A stretch of 64,000 nucleotides of DNA from an uncultured delta proteobacterium (GTDB lineage: Bacteria; Desulfobacterota; Binatia; HRBIN30; BPIQ01): assembly GCA_963761335.1 (NCBI GenBank), contig CAVXGR010000013.1:224001-288000 (forward strand), in the 5' to 3' direction. The notes under the pieces were generated by a model. The model had not been told where the DNA came from, ran no database searches, and saw only the letters and a program-made list of their open reading frames with translations. The position numbers were made by a program, and so were the translations under genes. Each line of letters begins with the position of its first letter. Position 1 is the first letter of the stretch. Shown piece by piece: positions 1 through 9,304 of this stretch.

Positions 1-559
1 CAAGCGCCTGCAACTCCTCCTCGGCCCCGCCGAGGTGCGCGTCGACGTCGATCGGCTCACTGCCCGCGGCGCGCGCGAAGATCAGCCCGTGGCGCTCCGC
101 CACCGGCAGCGGCATGAGCCCCAGAGACTCGGCGGGGATGCCCGCGAAACCCTCGGCGCAGGGTTGCGCCACCAGCCGTCCGGCGTCGTCGTAGGTCCAT
201 CCGTGATAGGGACAGGTGAAACGCCCGGAGCTGCTGCCGGCGCCCGATACCACCTGGGCGCCGCGGTGCCGGCAGACGGCGAGAAAGGCGCGCAGATCTC
301 CGGCCCGCGAACGGACCACGAGGATCGGCACGCCGCTGTCGGTGTGGGTGAAGTACGCGCCCGGCTCGGCGGCGTCGCCGCGCAGCCCGATGAACAGCGG
401 CGCGCCCCGGAAGAGCACGGCGCGCTCGCGCTCCAGCTGCTCCGGCGAAGTGTAGGCAGACACCCGATTGAGATACGGCTCCGGCGCCATCTCGGTGGTG
501 CGCCGATCGAGAAACCCGAGAATGCGCCGCATCAGGGCCACCTGAGTGGCGTGATTCAT
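1..559 (-). CDS. Rieske aromatic ring-hydroxylating oxygenase alpha subunit (partial, runs off window)
   Basis: Not in the ORF track. Manual translation from ATG at 559 gives MNHATQVALMRRILGFLDRR..., with Rieske motifs AVCRHRG and FTCPYHGWTY. Confidence 0.9.
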   Translation of the reverse strand, partial: MNHATQVALMRRILGFLDRRTTEMAPEPYLNRVSAYTSPEQLERERAVLFRGAPLFIGLRGDAAEPGAYFTHTDSGVPILVVRSRAGDLRAFLAVCRHRGAQVVSGAGSSSGRFTCPYHGWTYDDAGRLVAQPCAEGFAGIPAESLGLMPLPVAERHGLIFARAAGSEPIDVDAHLGGAEEELQAL

Positions 560-614
560 GGCGCCCTAGGCTGTAGCGGCAGCCCCCTCCCCGGTCAACC
601 GGCGGCTACCGCAC

Positions 615-736
615 GTGTCTCGGTGGCTCGGTGGCCCGGTGGCTCAGTGTCTCGGTGGCTCAGTTTATCCGATTTGATTGCCACTGAGAGACTTAGTCAC
701 CGAGATACTGAGAGACTGAGTCACTGAGATACCGAA
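615..736. repeat. Two opposed arrays of degenerate 8-bp tandem repeats
   Basis: About 6 units of GTG(G/T)CTC(G/A) at 615-664, a short spacer, then about 7 reverse-complement-like units (CCACTGAG/AGACTGAG/TCACCGAG) at 681-736. Confidence 0.8.
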
Positions 737-3243
737 CCCAGCTGCTCGTACTGCTGCGCCTGGGCTTGCAGATCTGCCGCAAGGGCAGTCTGGCCGCGCC
801 CGGCGGCGGCGTCGCGGCCTTGGCGCGCCATCCTCGCGGCCTCCTCGAAGCGCCCGGCGGCGGCACAGGCCGCCGCCAGGGTGCGCAGGCGCACCGGATC
901 GGCGTAGCCGGTCAGCTCGCAGGCGCGCTGTGCCCAGCGCATCGCCTCCTCCGCCTTCTGCGGCGAGAGCTCGTGCAACGACAGCAGGGTGCGGGCGGTG
1001 GCTTCAAAGAGATCGGGCTCGGTGGTGACCTGCCGCGCCGCCAACCGCAGGACCGCGACCGCAGCGCCGCTGCGCCCATCGGCAGCGAGCTCGCGGGCGC
1101 GATCGATGGCGGTGCGCGCCTGCACCGCGGCGCGCCGGCGCGCGCCTTCCCGCGCCGAGGCGAACTCGGCACAGCTTGCGGCTCGCTGCCGCGCTTCCGG
1201 CATCGCCGGTTTCCAGCCCGCCTTCGCCGGCGCCGCGGCGTACACCTCAGAGATTCTCGCCGCTCCCGTGAAGGTGTACAGCGTCGCCGCCGGCCAGCGA
1301 CGACACACGCCGGCGGAAACCTCCGACAGCTGCTCGTGCGCCGGACTCCAGAACACCGCACCCGGCGGCGCCGCACTCGCCGGCAGGCTACCCGGTCCTT
1401 CGTAGGCGAGCACCGGGACCGGCGCCGCGCCCAGATGAGCAGCGATCTGCCGAGTGTACAGCCACATGAAGGACCGCTTGGGAATGCTCGGCTCGAGAAT
1501 CAGCGCTCCCCCCGGAGGCGGCCGCCTCTGCATCGCCTCGAAGGCAATGTCGAGCCATGAGGCCGGCAGAGTCCGCAAGTTGACCACCTCGAAGAGAAGG
1601 GTCCCGCCCGCCGCAATTGCCGCCACGGCGAGCCCGGCGGCGAGGCCGCGGCGAAGCGGGTAGGCGAGGGCGGCGAGGATCTCGAACCCGGTGGCAGCGA
1701 GCAGCGCCATGGCCACCGGCAGCTGCGCCAGGCGATTGAGGGAGGTGCGGTCGTAGGTCGAGGTGAGAAGAGCCGGCCCGAGCGCCACGCCCAGAAAGAG
1801 GATGAGGGCCCGGGCGCGATTCGACCCCCGCAGCCCCCGCAGGCAACCGGCCACGGCGACGGCAGCGAGCACCAGGCCGAGCGGATCGAAGAGAGCGTCG
1901 CCCTGCAGCCGCGACGGCGTGCGCGGGATCGCAAAGGGCGCCAGCAGAGCGCCAAGCGGGACATCGAGCCGACCGAGGCGGAAGAACTCGTTGGTGATCT
2001 CGGAAACGAGATGGGTGACCTGCCCGAGCATGGCCGCCTCGATCATCGTCCACTGCCACGCCGGCTGCGCATACCGAAAGATCATCCCGGGAAGGTCCGC
2101 GGCGCGCCCGAGGGCGGGGAGAACCACGGCCAGAAACGACAGCGCCGCGATGGCCAGCGCCAGTGGCGGCAGCCGCGGGCGCCGGAGCGCCGTCCAGGCA
2201 CACAGAGGTAGGGCGAGGACGGCGACCGGGACCTGGAAAAACTCCGTGCAGGCGATGCCTGCGGTGACCCCCAACACGGCGAGCGCCGGCACGGATCGGT
2301 CGCGGTGCACGGCGAGCAACGGCACCAGGACGATGGCGGTGAACAGCGGTCCCACACAGTAGGGAATCGGAGCCAGCGGCATCATCAGTACTGCCGGCGC
2401 GAAGAGAAAGGCGGCGGCGGCGAGGGGAGCGGCGCGGCCACTGCCGAGAAGCGCCCGCGCCAACCAGGCGATCAGGGCCGCGGAGAGGCCGACCCAACCG
2501 ATCTCCAAGGCCTGAATCCACGAGACTTCGATCGGCAACCCGTGCGTGCCGAGAATCCCGCCGCCGACGGTGATCAAATGGAGCGCCGTCAGCCCTGGGA
2601 GAAATCCGTCTGTCAGAATGTTGAATCCGGGACGCGCCGCCCACTCCAGATACGGGATGGCCACCCAGGTATCGACGAGATCGGCGGAACGGGGCGCGTG
2701 CAGTCCGTGCAGGTAGCGGAACACCCCCCAGGCGCAGATGATCGCCGCCGTGGCGGCGATGCTGGCGCGGCCGCCCGTCGCGGGACGCTCGTCCGGCGAG
2801 CGGCGGCTGCCGAGGGTGAGGACGAGGGCAGGGAGGGCGAGGCAGGCGACGTAGGCGAGCTGCCCGTGCCGGTCGAGATCCGCCGCCCACCAGGCGGCCA
2901 GCGCCTGCGCCGCGGCCAGCAACAGAGCCAGCAGCTGCACCGGCATGGCCACGCGGCGCCGAGACGCCGCGGGGGCCGAGGGCAGGTCGCCGGTGACGCA
3001 CACCGACAGAGCAATGAGGACCATCCCGGCCCCGAGACATGCCAGCCGGGCAATGATCCACCAGGCGGGCAACGCTGGAAACAAGCGAGCCATCAGACTC
3101 GCATCGAGCGCCGGCGGGCGCAGCGGCGCCGCCGGCGGTGGAAAGAGCAACGACCCCGCGTAGACGGTCAAGAAGGCCATCCCCGCGGCCAGCAGTAGAT
3201 GGGGTGCGCGGCCGGGCGCTTCTGCGAGATTTCCAGGCGGCAT
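721..3243 (-). CDS. Multi-pass membrane glycosyltransferase, GT-C/ArnT-PMT-like (paralogue 1), with C-terminal TPR extension
   Basis: ATG at 3243 preceded by AAGGAG. Many hydrophobic helices. Motifs RLFP..P.WW..RL, D.VD.W, PF..PRT..RL.GD..FDPL, WSP and C.RWP.A.LY are shared with three paralogues. C-terminal EEA..WA..A...TLAAA.A..GRF.EA is TPR-like. Confidence 0.7.
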   Translation of the reverse strand: MPPGNLAEAPGRAPHLLLAAGMAFLTVYAGSLLFPPPAAPLRPPALDASLMARLFPALPAWWIIARLACLGAGMVLIALSVCVTGDLPSAPAASRRRVAMPVQLLALLLAAAQALAAWWAADLDRHGQLAYVACLALPALVLTLGSRRSPDERPATGGRASIAATAAIICAWGVFRYLHGLHAPRSADLVDTWVAIPYLEWAARPGFNILTDGFLPGLTALHLITVGGGILGTHGLPIEVSWIQALEIGWVGLSAALIAWLARALLGSGRAAPLAAAAFLFAPAVLMMPLAPIPYCVGPLFTAIVLVPLLAVHRDRSVPALAVLGVTAGIACTEFFQVPVAVLALPLCAWTALRRPRLPPLALAIAALSFLAVVLPALGRAADLPGMIFRYAQPAWQWTMIEAAMLGQVTHLVSEITNEFFRLGRLDVPLGALLAPFAIPRTPSRLQGDALFDPLGLVLAAVAVAGCLRGLRGSNRARALILFLGVALGPALLTSTYDRTSLNRLAQLPVAMALLAATGFEILAALAYPLRRGLAAGLAVAAIAAGGTLLFEVVNLRTLPASWLDIAFEAMQRRPPPGGALILEPSIPKRSFMWLYTRQIAAHLGAAPVPVLAYEGPGSLPASAAPPGAVFWSPAHEQLSEVSAGVCRRWPAATLYTFTGAARISEVYAAAPAKAGWKPAMPEARQRAASCAEFASAREGARRRAAVQARTAIDRARELAADGRSGAAVAVLRLAARQVTTEPDLFEATARTLLSLHELSPQKAEEAMRWAQRACELTGYADPVRLRTLAAACAAAGRFEEAARMARQGRDAAAGRGQTALAADLQAQAQQYEQLGSVSQ

Positions 3244-3355
3244 CTGCGGCTCTCCTTCTAACCCGCCCGCGGCAGGCGAGGAAGGGAAGCGGCCGCCCCG
3301 GCGGCGGGGAAGGTTCCCCTTCCGCCACACTTTGCCGCGTTGTATACCCGAACCG

Positions 3356-4399
3356 ATGCACATTCGCGTCGCCCGCGAGCAGGGCGGTCGTCTGGAAGAG
3401 GCGTTGGCGACGCTTGTTCCCCTCGAGCCGTACCTCGCCTACGCCAACTTCCCGGCGATCTGCCGCCGGGAGGGTGGCCTTCTCGGCCTGCATATGCGCC
3501 GCTGGCGCGCCGCCGCCGGGGGCCTCGGCGTCCTGGTGGCCCGCGGCGACGACGGACGGCCGCTGGCCGCTCTCTCTCTGGAGCACCGCGATTTCGAGTC
3601 GCGCCATTTCGGCCTGTCGATGGCGAAGACCGAGCCGCCGGCGGCAATTGCCGACGAGCCTTTGCGCCTCGAGGCGCTGCGCGCCCTCTACGGCGCCGCC
3701 TTCGCGACTCTGCGCGAAGGCGGCTACCAGCATCTCGCCGTGGTCACCTCGACCCACGACCGCGTCGGCTGCTGGGCGCTGCAGGAGCTCGGCGGCTTCC
3801 ACGTGGGGACGAAGATCTCGTGGATGCAGAGCCTGACCGGCTGTCCCAACCAGAGCCGGCCGGCAGCGCCGCTGCGCATCGAGCTCCACGACAAGGCGAC
3901 CATCGGCGCTATCGACCCCGCCAGCTGGAGTCGGCTGCACGAGTGGAGCGGCCAGGCCTTCGATCGAGGTCCATACGTCTTCGATCTCCACGTGCCCCGC
4001 GAGCGGGCCGTCGCCGTGTACCAGGTGTGGACCCGCAAGGCGCTGACCGGCGAGTGGGCCGACATCCTTCTCGTGGTGCGCGACGGCGACGAGATCGTCG
4101 CCTTCAACTCGATGATGCTGCTGCAGGACCTCACCGACGCCGCCGGCGTCGGCATCCTCGGGCGCGGCATCGGCGCCTCGCTTCCCGGCTATCGCGGCCT
4201 GTTCACAGCGCTGCAGAGGGAATGCTCGGCGGTGCGCCCGCTCGGCGCCGGATACCTCGAGAACGAGACGCAGGCGTCGACGGTGCAGAGTATCAACGTC
4301 TTCGGCAACCTCGGCCACCACTGCCTGCGCTCCACGGCGAGCTTCCATGTCCGCCTCGACAAGGGCGCCGATTCGCCTGGGAGCGCCAAATGCAGATGA
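3356..4399 (+). CDS. GNAT-fold acyltransferase, WecD (dTDP-fucosamine acetyltransferase)-like
   Basis: DFESRHFGL near the N-terminus and ETQASTVQSINVFGNLG at the C-terminus resemble WecD-type GNAT motifs. Stop overlaps the next ATG (ATGA). Confidence 0.55.
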   Translation: MHIRVAREQGGRLEEALATLVPLEPYLAYANFPAICRREGGLLGLHMRRWRAAAGGLGVLVARGDDGRPLAALSLEHRDFESRHFGLSMAKTEPPAAIADEPLRLEALRALYGAAFATLREGGYQHLAVVTSTHDRVGCWALQELGGFHVGTKISWMQSLTGCPNQSRPAAPLRIELHDKATIGAIDPASWSRLHEWSGQAFDRGPYVFDLHVPRERAVAVYQVWTRKALTGEWADILLVVRDGDEIVAFNSMMLLQDLTDAAGVGILGRGIGASLPGYRGLFTALQRECSAVRPLGAGYLENETQASTVQSINVFGNLGHHCLRSTASFHVRLDKGADSPGSAKCR

Positions 4400-5208
4400 G
4401 CGGAATCCTCGAGCCGAGCCTCGGCGCCTACCTGAGCTACTACCTGGGCTTCTGCCTCCGCTACTTCGCGGTGATGGGGGGCATCTACTGGTACTTCCAC
4501 CTGGCCCGCAGGCAGAAGTACCTTGACCGCCGGATTCAGGACGACTTCCCCTCGGCAACCGAGGTGGGCCACGAGATCCGCTGGTCGATGCTCAGCGGCG
4601 CCACCACCGGGCTCTCAACCATTCTGCTCTACCGCCTCATTCTCGACGGTCATACCAGCATGTACTTCGACGTCGGCGAGCGCGGCTGGCTCTACCTGGC
4701 GGCGTCGGTGCTCGCCGGCCTCGTCAGCTACGACACCTGCAACTACTGGCAACACCGCCTGCTGCACACGGCGTGGATGTTCCGGCACATCCACGCCGTG
4801 CATCACCGGATCGAGAACCCCACGGTGTTCGCCTCCTTCGCCCGCCACCCCATCGAGGCGATGATGGAGCACGCCTACTTCATCTCCTTCGTGGTTCTGG
4901 TGCCGGTGCACCCTTTGGCGATGGCAGCGATCGTCGCTTACTTTTTCGCATTCGGCGTCATCGGGCACCTGGGATACGAGTTCTACCCGCGCGGCTTCAC
5001 TCGCCACCCGATTCTCGGCTGGATCAACACGGCGACGCACCACAACATGCACCACAGTCACACGGACTGTAACTACGGCTGGTTCAATCTGTGGGACTGG
5101 CTGATGGGCACCAATCACCCGACCTACCACGACACCTTCGACGCCATCAAAGCGCGCCGTAGCGCGCCCGGCGCCGCAGCGGTCACTGCGACATCACAAG
5201 CGGCCTGA
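4396..5208 (+). CDS. Sterol desaturase / fatty acid hydroxylase superfamily protein (paralogue 1)
   Basis: His boxes HRLLH, HAVHH, GHLG and HHNMHH, plus CNYG..WDWLMGT, with hydrophobic segments. Confidence 0.9.
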   Translation: MSGILEPSLGAYLSYYLGFCLRYFAVMGGIYWYFHLARRQKYLDRRIQDDFPSATEVGHEIRWSMLSGATTGLSTILLYRLILDGHTSMYFDVGERGWLYLAASVLAGLVSYDTCNYWQHRLLHTAWMFRHIHAVHHRIENPTVFASFARHPIEAMMEHAYFISFVVLVPVHPLAMAAIVAYFFAFGVIGHLGYEFYPRGFTRHPILGWINTATHHNMHHSHTDCNYGWFNLWDWLMGTNHPTYHDTFDAIKARRSAPGAAAVTATSQAA

Positions 5209-5244
5209 TCGCCGCAATCTCGCTGGCCGCTCTCGCCTTCGCGG

Positions 5245-5532
5245 CTATCCCCTACCCCGCGCCCAGGCCTGCAGCTCGCGTATGCGGAGATATCCGCCGG
5301 CGCCCTCGACGATGCCTTCGGCGCGGGCGTCGTGGATGCAGTCCACCGGACAGAGCGGCACGCAGAAGCCGCAGTCGATGCACTCCTCCAGGACGATCGC
5401 CAGGCGGCCGAGGAAGTCGCCGGGGACCGGGTAGATGGCGTCGACCTTGCCCGGACAGGCGCTCTCGCAGGCGCCGCAACCGATGCATGTCGCATCGATG
5501 TAGAAATGCCCCGGCCGCCGCGCCACGTTCAC
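5245..5532 (-). CDS. 2x[4Fe-4S] ferredoxin
   Basis: CIGCGACESACP and CIDCGFCVPLCP. GTG start overlaps the upstream TGA. Confidence 0.9.
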   Translation of the reverse strand: MNVARRPGHFYIDATCIGCGACESACPGKVDAIYPVPGDFLGRLAIVLEECIDCGFCVPLCPVDCIHDARAEGIVEGAGGYLRIRELQAWARGRG

Positions 5533-6017
5533 TCCGCAAAGCTCGTGCGGAAGGTCGCGGAGGCGTTCACAAACTCCTGCAGGCTCTGGTTGTAGCGGAA
5601 GTACAGGTCGCGGCGCAGGGGATCGTCGCCGCGCAGGGCGATCGGGTGGCCCATGTGCGTCAGCCGGTTGAGCGTGTGCTCCAAGTCCGGACGCCCGCCG
5701 CCTTCGGCGATGCTCTCGATCATCTCGCGCCAGGTGGCAAGCGACGCCTCGAGAACGAAATCCGCCCGCTCCGCGTCGTCGGGGCCGACCTCGCAAACGT
5801 CCCGCGCCGCGAACTCCTCGAAGGTGACCTGCACGCTCCAAGGCCGCATACCGGAGACAGCGTCGATGACGGTGAACTGCGCCACACAGTCGACGTAGCC
5901 GAGCTGCTCCTGCCGGGCGCGGTTGGTGTTCATGCAGTCCGCCAAGCGGTGAAACCACTCCGCCGACGGAAACGGCACCAGCGTCGTGCCCTCGGGCGAC
6001 ACGCCGGTGCCGCTCAC
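5529..6017 (-). CDS. SCP2 (sterol carrier)-like lipid-binding domain protein
   Basis: PFPSAEWF..L N-terminus and ADFVLEASLATWREMI, typical of bacterial SCP2-like proteins. Translationally coupled on both sides. Confidence 0.6.
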   Translation of the reverse strand: MSGTGVSPEGTTLVPFPSAEWFHRLADCMNTNRARQEQLGYVDCVAQFTVIDAVSGMRPWSVQVTFEEFAARDVCEVGPDDAERADFVLEASLATWREMIESIAEGGGRPDLEHTLNRLTHMGHPIALRGDDPLRRDLYFRYNQSLQEFVNASATFRTSFAE

Positions 6018-7198
6018 ATGCTGCCCCACGGCGCCTCCTGCGGAATCGTGCACCGCTGCCGGCGGTCGAAGCCGGCGCGCGCGCAACGCTGCAGGTACTC
6101 GTCGATGAACATCCGCCAGAGGTGCACCATGCCCTCCATGCCCCGATCGATGTGCTCGAGGCCGCCGCCGAGAAGGACAGCGACGGGCTCGATCAGCGCC
6201 GCCTCGGTAAAGGCGGCGAGGATGATCGGCTCGCCGATGTCGGCGAAACGGTGCATCTGCTCCAGCGCCTGCTCGCGGTCGGCGCTGTGGTCGAGGTAGT
6301 ACTTCAGCTCCATCACCCCGTAGGACACGTGCCGCGCTTCGTCCTGGAGGCAGCGGCGGAAGATCTCCTTGTCCACGTGTGTCTTGGCGATCATCTCGCC
6401 GGAACGAAAGATGGAGAGCACCAGGCCCTCGCTGAGCAGGTTGAGGAGGAAGGTTCCCATGGTGTGCGACGGCGACTCGATGATCGCCTTCAGGGCCCAT
6501 TCGAATCCCGGCGCCGCGTGCAGGAGTCCGCCCCCGGCGATGGCGCGCTTGCGGAACACCTCCTGATGCCGCGCCTCGTCGAGCAGCTGCGTCGCCAGGA
6601 AGCTCTTCACCTCGAGAAAATCCTGCGGGATCCGATACAGCCATTTGGCCGGGAAGTCGCCGGCAATGAACTCCACCTCGGTGAGAAAAGTGCAGAGCTG
6701 ACAGGTCGCCTTCTCCAGGTCGTCGGGCAACGGCTGCAGCTCGCCCCACGGGATGTCGCGCGTCGCGTTCCACTGCCGCGCCTTGGCTTCCTCATAGAGG
6801 GCGATCACGTTGTCCGCCCACACCTCGCGGCGCTCGAGAACGACGTAGTCGTCGAGTGTCGGCATCTCCGCGGCGTACGGCTCGCGCACCGAGCCGCGCG
6901 CCGCGAAGTTTCTCCAGCGCGTCACCTCCGGCACCTCGCCGTACGGGGAAACATTGTTGACGTCGGTGTAGGTCAGACCGCGCGAGGAGGGCTTCGCCCG
7001 CCGCCCCCACGCCGCCCCGTCGGTGTCGAGCCAGTGCAGCGAATACTGTCCGCGCGCCAAGCGCTCGGCGTTGCGCGCCAGTACCGCCATCCACTCCCGG
7101 TGACCATCGCGGAAGGAGGACTCGTAGCTGTCGAGCCCCGGGCCGGCCGCGCCGTCGGGTCTCGAGTGCGGATCTTCTGCGGGCTTTGCTTCCGGCAT
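6014..7198 (-). CDS. Ferritin-like diiron oxygenase/desaturase
   Basis: Two DEARH motifs, each preceded by a Glu-bearing helix (TEVE, LSEG), plus QWNATRDIPW. Confidence 0.85.
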   Translation of the reverse strand: MPEAKPAEDPHSRPDGAAGPGLDSYESSFRDGHREWMAVLARNAERLARGQYSLHWLDTDGAAWGRRAKPSSRGLTYTDVNNVSPYGEVPEVTRWRNFAARGSVREPYAAEMPTLDDYVVLERREVWADNVIALYEEAKARQWNATRDIPWGELQPLPDDLEKATCQLCTFLTEVEFIAGDFPAKWLYRIPQDFLEVKSFLATQLLDEARHQEVFRKRAIAGGGLLHAAPGFEWALKAIIESPSHTMGTFLLNLLSEGLVLSIFRSGEMIAKTHVDKEIFRRCLQDEARHVSYGVMELKYYLDHSADREQALEQMHRFADIGEPIILAAFTEAALIEPVAVLLGGGLEHIDRGMEGMVHLWRMFIDEYLQRCARAGFDRRQRCTIPQEAPWGSM

Positions 7199-7225
7199 TT
7201 CAATCCTCCGAGGAAGTGGAATCGA

Positions 7226-9304
7226 TTACGACGGCGGGCATGGCGACACCGTCCAACGTTGCCGGGGCAGACGCGGCTTCCAGATTGCCCCGCCCGGAGC
7301 CGCCGCCCAGGCGCGGAACAGTCCCGGCTCGTCCGTCAGCGCGTACAATGCCGCGCCGGGCCAGCGCTCGCAAACGAGGCGCGACACGTGTGCGTCCTGC
7401 TCCAGGCCCGGACTCCAGAAGAAGACCCGGGGCTGCGCCTTCTCGTCGCTTGCGGCTTGCGCCTGGCCGATCTCCTCGACGTTGATCGCCGCCAGAGGCC
7501 GCGCCGGCACCATGGACGCAATGCGGCCGACGTGCAGCCACCAGTTGAGGGCGTAGGGACCACCGTGCTCGAGGAAGAGGGCGTCGGCGTTCGGCGCTCT
7601 CGTACCGAGCGCCTCGAGGCTGATGGTCATCCAGGACTGCGGCAGAATGCGCGGGTTCACCGCTGCAAAGATGACGATCCCGCTGACGGCAATCAATCCC
7701 GCACTCCCGAGAGCGGCGAGCCGCGCCGTCCCCGGCGGCAAGAACGCCCGGCGGATCGCCTCGAAGGCGGAGCCGGCAAACACCGCCAGCGGAACCAGGG
7801 CGGCGGCCAGCCGGGTGTGGGAAACCGCATCGCCGGAGGCGGCAAAGGCCTGCCCGAAAGCCAGCCCCAGCACACCCAGGAGCAGCGCCGCGGCGCGCTT
7901 GCGGCGCGCATGCGCGAGGGCGAGCACCAAGCCAACGGCGACGAGCGCGGCGCCCAACGGGTCGATCAGCACGTCCCCCCACAGCCGCATCGGCGAGCGG
8001 GCGATTGCGAAGGGGGAGAGAAGCGCTCCGAGGGGGATATCGAAGGGGCCGGAATGACCGGACTCGAGGGCTCTCATCACGCTCAGCGGGCTCATCTGGC
8101 CGAAGAGGATCATCACCATTTCGCCGAGCTCGCCGCGCCCGCGCGTGTACTTGGCAGCCATGGTGGCGAACGTCTGCAAGTTCGGCAGGTCGGGAAGACG
8201 TGCCGCGGCACAGGAGAGCAGGGCGACAGTGGCGACGAGCCATGGGAATCTGTCGAGCTGCAGCACGGACCAGGCCATCACCGCGCAGAGGAAGAGAGCC
8301 ACGAAGACGACCGTGGGCTCCGTACCGCTGAAGCCGGCTACGACGCCGAAAGCAGCGAGAGCGGCGGCGGAGCCGAAGTCGCGCACGGCGAAGATGAGCA
8401 GCAGGAGAGCCACGGTGCACAGTGGCGCGATCAGGATCATCCCGGGCTCGAAGGCGGAGGAGAGCACAAAGGGCGAGAACAGAAACACGGCCTGCGCCAC
8501 GATCGCCGCCGACGTCCCGACCATCCTCCACACCAGAGCGCCGACGGCGACGGCGCAAAACGCCGCCCAGAAGAGGTGCGCGATCTGCAGCATGGCGAAG
8601 GCCGACGACAGGTGCGCGGGTCCGAGCAGAGGAACACCCTCGAGCATCATGTAGGCGTTGGTGTGTCCCGGCGTGGCGCTGTCGGAGAGCACACGCTGGT
8701 GGCGCAGCACCACCTCGCCGAGACGTTGCACTTGCAACCACATGTCGACCAGGCTCGCCGCCCGCGGCGAGCGCCACGCCGTGGGCGCGCTCCAGGCGAG
8801 CCACACTCCGGGGGCCACCAGCAGTAGGGCCAGCGCCGCAGCCCGGGAGGACACGAACCGCCGTACGCCCTCGGCCTCTCCCCACAGAAGCACGGCCGCG
8901 GGGGCGGCCAGGAAGGCAAAGTAGAGGGTCTCTGCGAGGCGGTCGAAGCGCGCCGCGAAGAGCCCGGCAATCGCTTGGACGAAGGCGAGAGCGAGAGCGA
9001 TGCGAAGCCCCCACGCCCGCCGCCGATCACCGGCATGCGTCGGCACAGCCCGCCTGACATCCCCCAAGCGCAAGGGCAGCGGAGAGCGAATGCCGGCGGC
9101 CACCAAGGCGGCGCCGGCGAGAAGACAGGCAAGGCGGCCGGCGACCCACCACTCCGGCACGCCGGGGAAGAGACGTTGCCACAGGCCAGCGCCGAGGCCG
9201 GGGGACAGCGGCGGAGTGGCCGCGGGCGCACAGAACAATGGCAGGGCGTAGGCGAGAAGGAGGAGTGCGCCGGCGGCCGCCGCCGGGCGCCGCAAGCGGC
9301 TCAC
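7226..9304 (-). CDS. GT-C/ArnT-like membrane glycosyltransferase (paralogue 2)
   Basis: GTG start overlaps the stop of the upstream radical SAM gene. Same conserved motifs as paralogue 1 (SPRAASLVDMW, RSPMRLWGDVLIDPL, FWSP, CERWP). Confidence 0.7.
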   Translation of the reverse strand: MSRLRRPAAAAGALLLLAYALPLFCAPAATPPLSPGLGAGLWQRLFPGVPEWWVAGRLACLLAGAALVAAGIRSPLPLRLGDVRRAVPTHAGDRRRAWGLRIALALAFVQAIAGLFAARFDRLAETLYFAFLAAPAAVLLWGEAEGVRRFVSSRAAALALLLVAPGVWLAWSAPTAWRSPRAASLVDMWLQVQRLGEVVLRHQRVLSDSATPGHTNAYMMLEGVPLLGPAHLSSAFAMLQIAHLFWAAFCAVAVGALVWRMVGTSAAIVAQAVFLFSPFVLSSAFEPGMILIAPLCTVALLLLIFAVRDFGSAAALAAFGVVAGFSGTEPTVVFVALFLCAVMAWSVLQLDRFPWLVATVALLSCAAARLPDLPNLQTFATMAAKYTRGRGELGEMVMILFGQMSPLSVMRALESGHSGPFDIPLGALLSPFAIARSPMRLWGDVLIDPLGAALVAVGLVLALAHARRKRAAALLLGVLGLAFGQAFAASGDAVSHTRLAAALVPLAVFAGSAFEAIRRAFLPPGTARLAALGSAGLIAVSGIVIFAAVNPRILPQSWMTISLEALGTRAPNADALFLEHGGPYALNWWLHVGRIASMVPARPLAAINVEEIGQAQAASDEKAQPRVFFWSPGLEQDAHVSRLVCERWPGAALYALTDEPGLFRAWAAAPGGAIWKPRLPRQRWTVSPCPPS

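Noticed and set aside
615..736. Possible CRISPR array
   Set aside because: 8-bp contiguous units with no unique spacers, and no cas genes.
3340..5208. Apparent long N-terminal extensions or fusions (also 10506..14048, 15770..18247, 25162, 36567..38465)
   Set aside because: The extensions overlap other genes. Paralogue alignment, SD sites and ATGA/GTGA overlaps indicate later starts.
1388..8827. Long ORFs such as 1388..4558(-), 6122..8827(+) and 35..727(+)
   Set aside because: Arg/Ala/Gly-rich shadow or antisense frames of well-supported genes, expected at this GC content.
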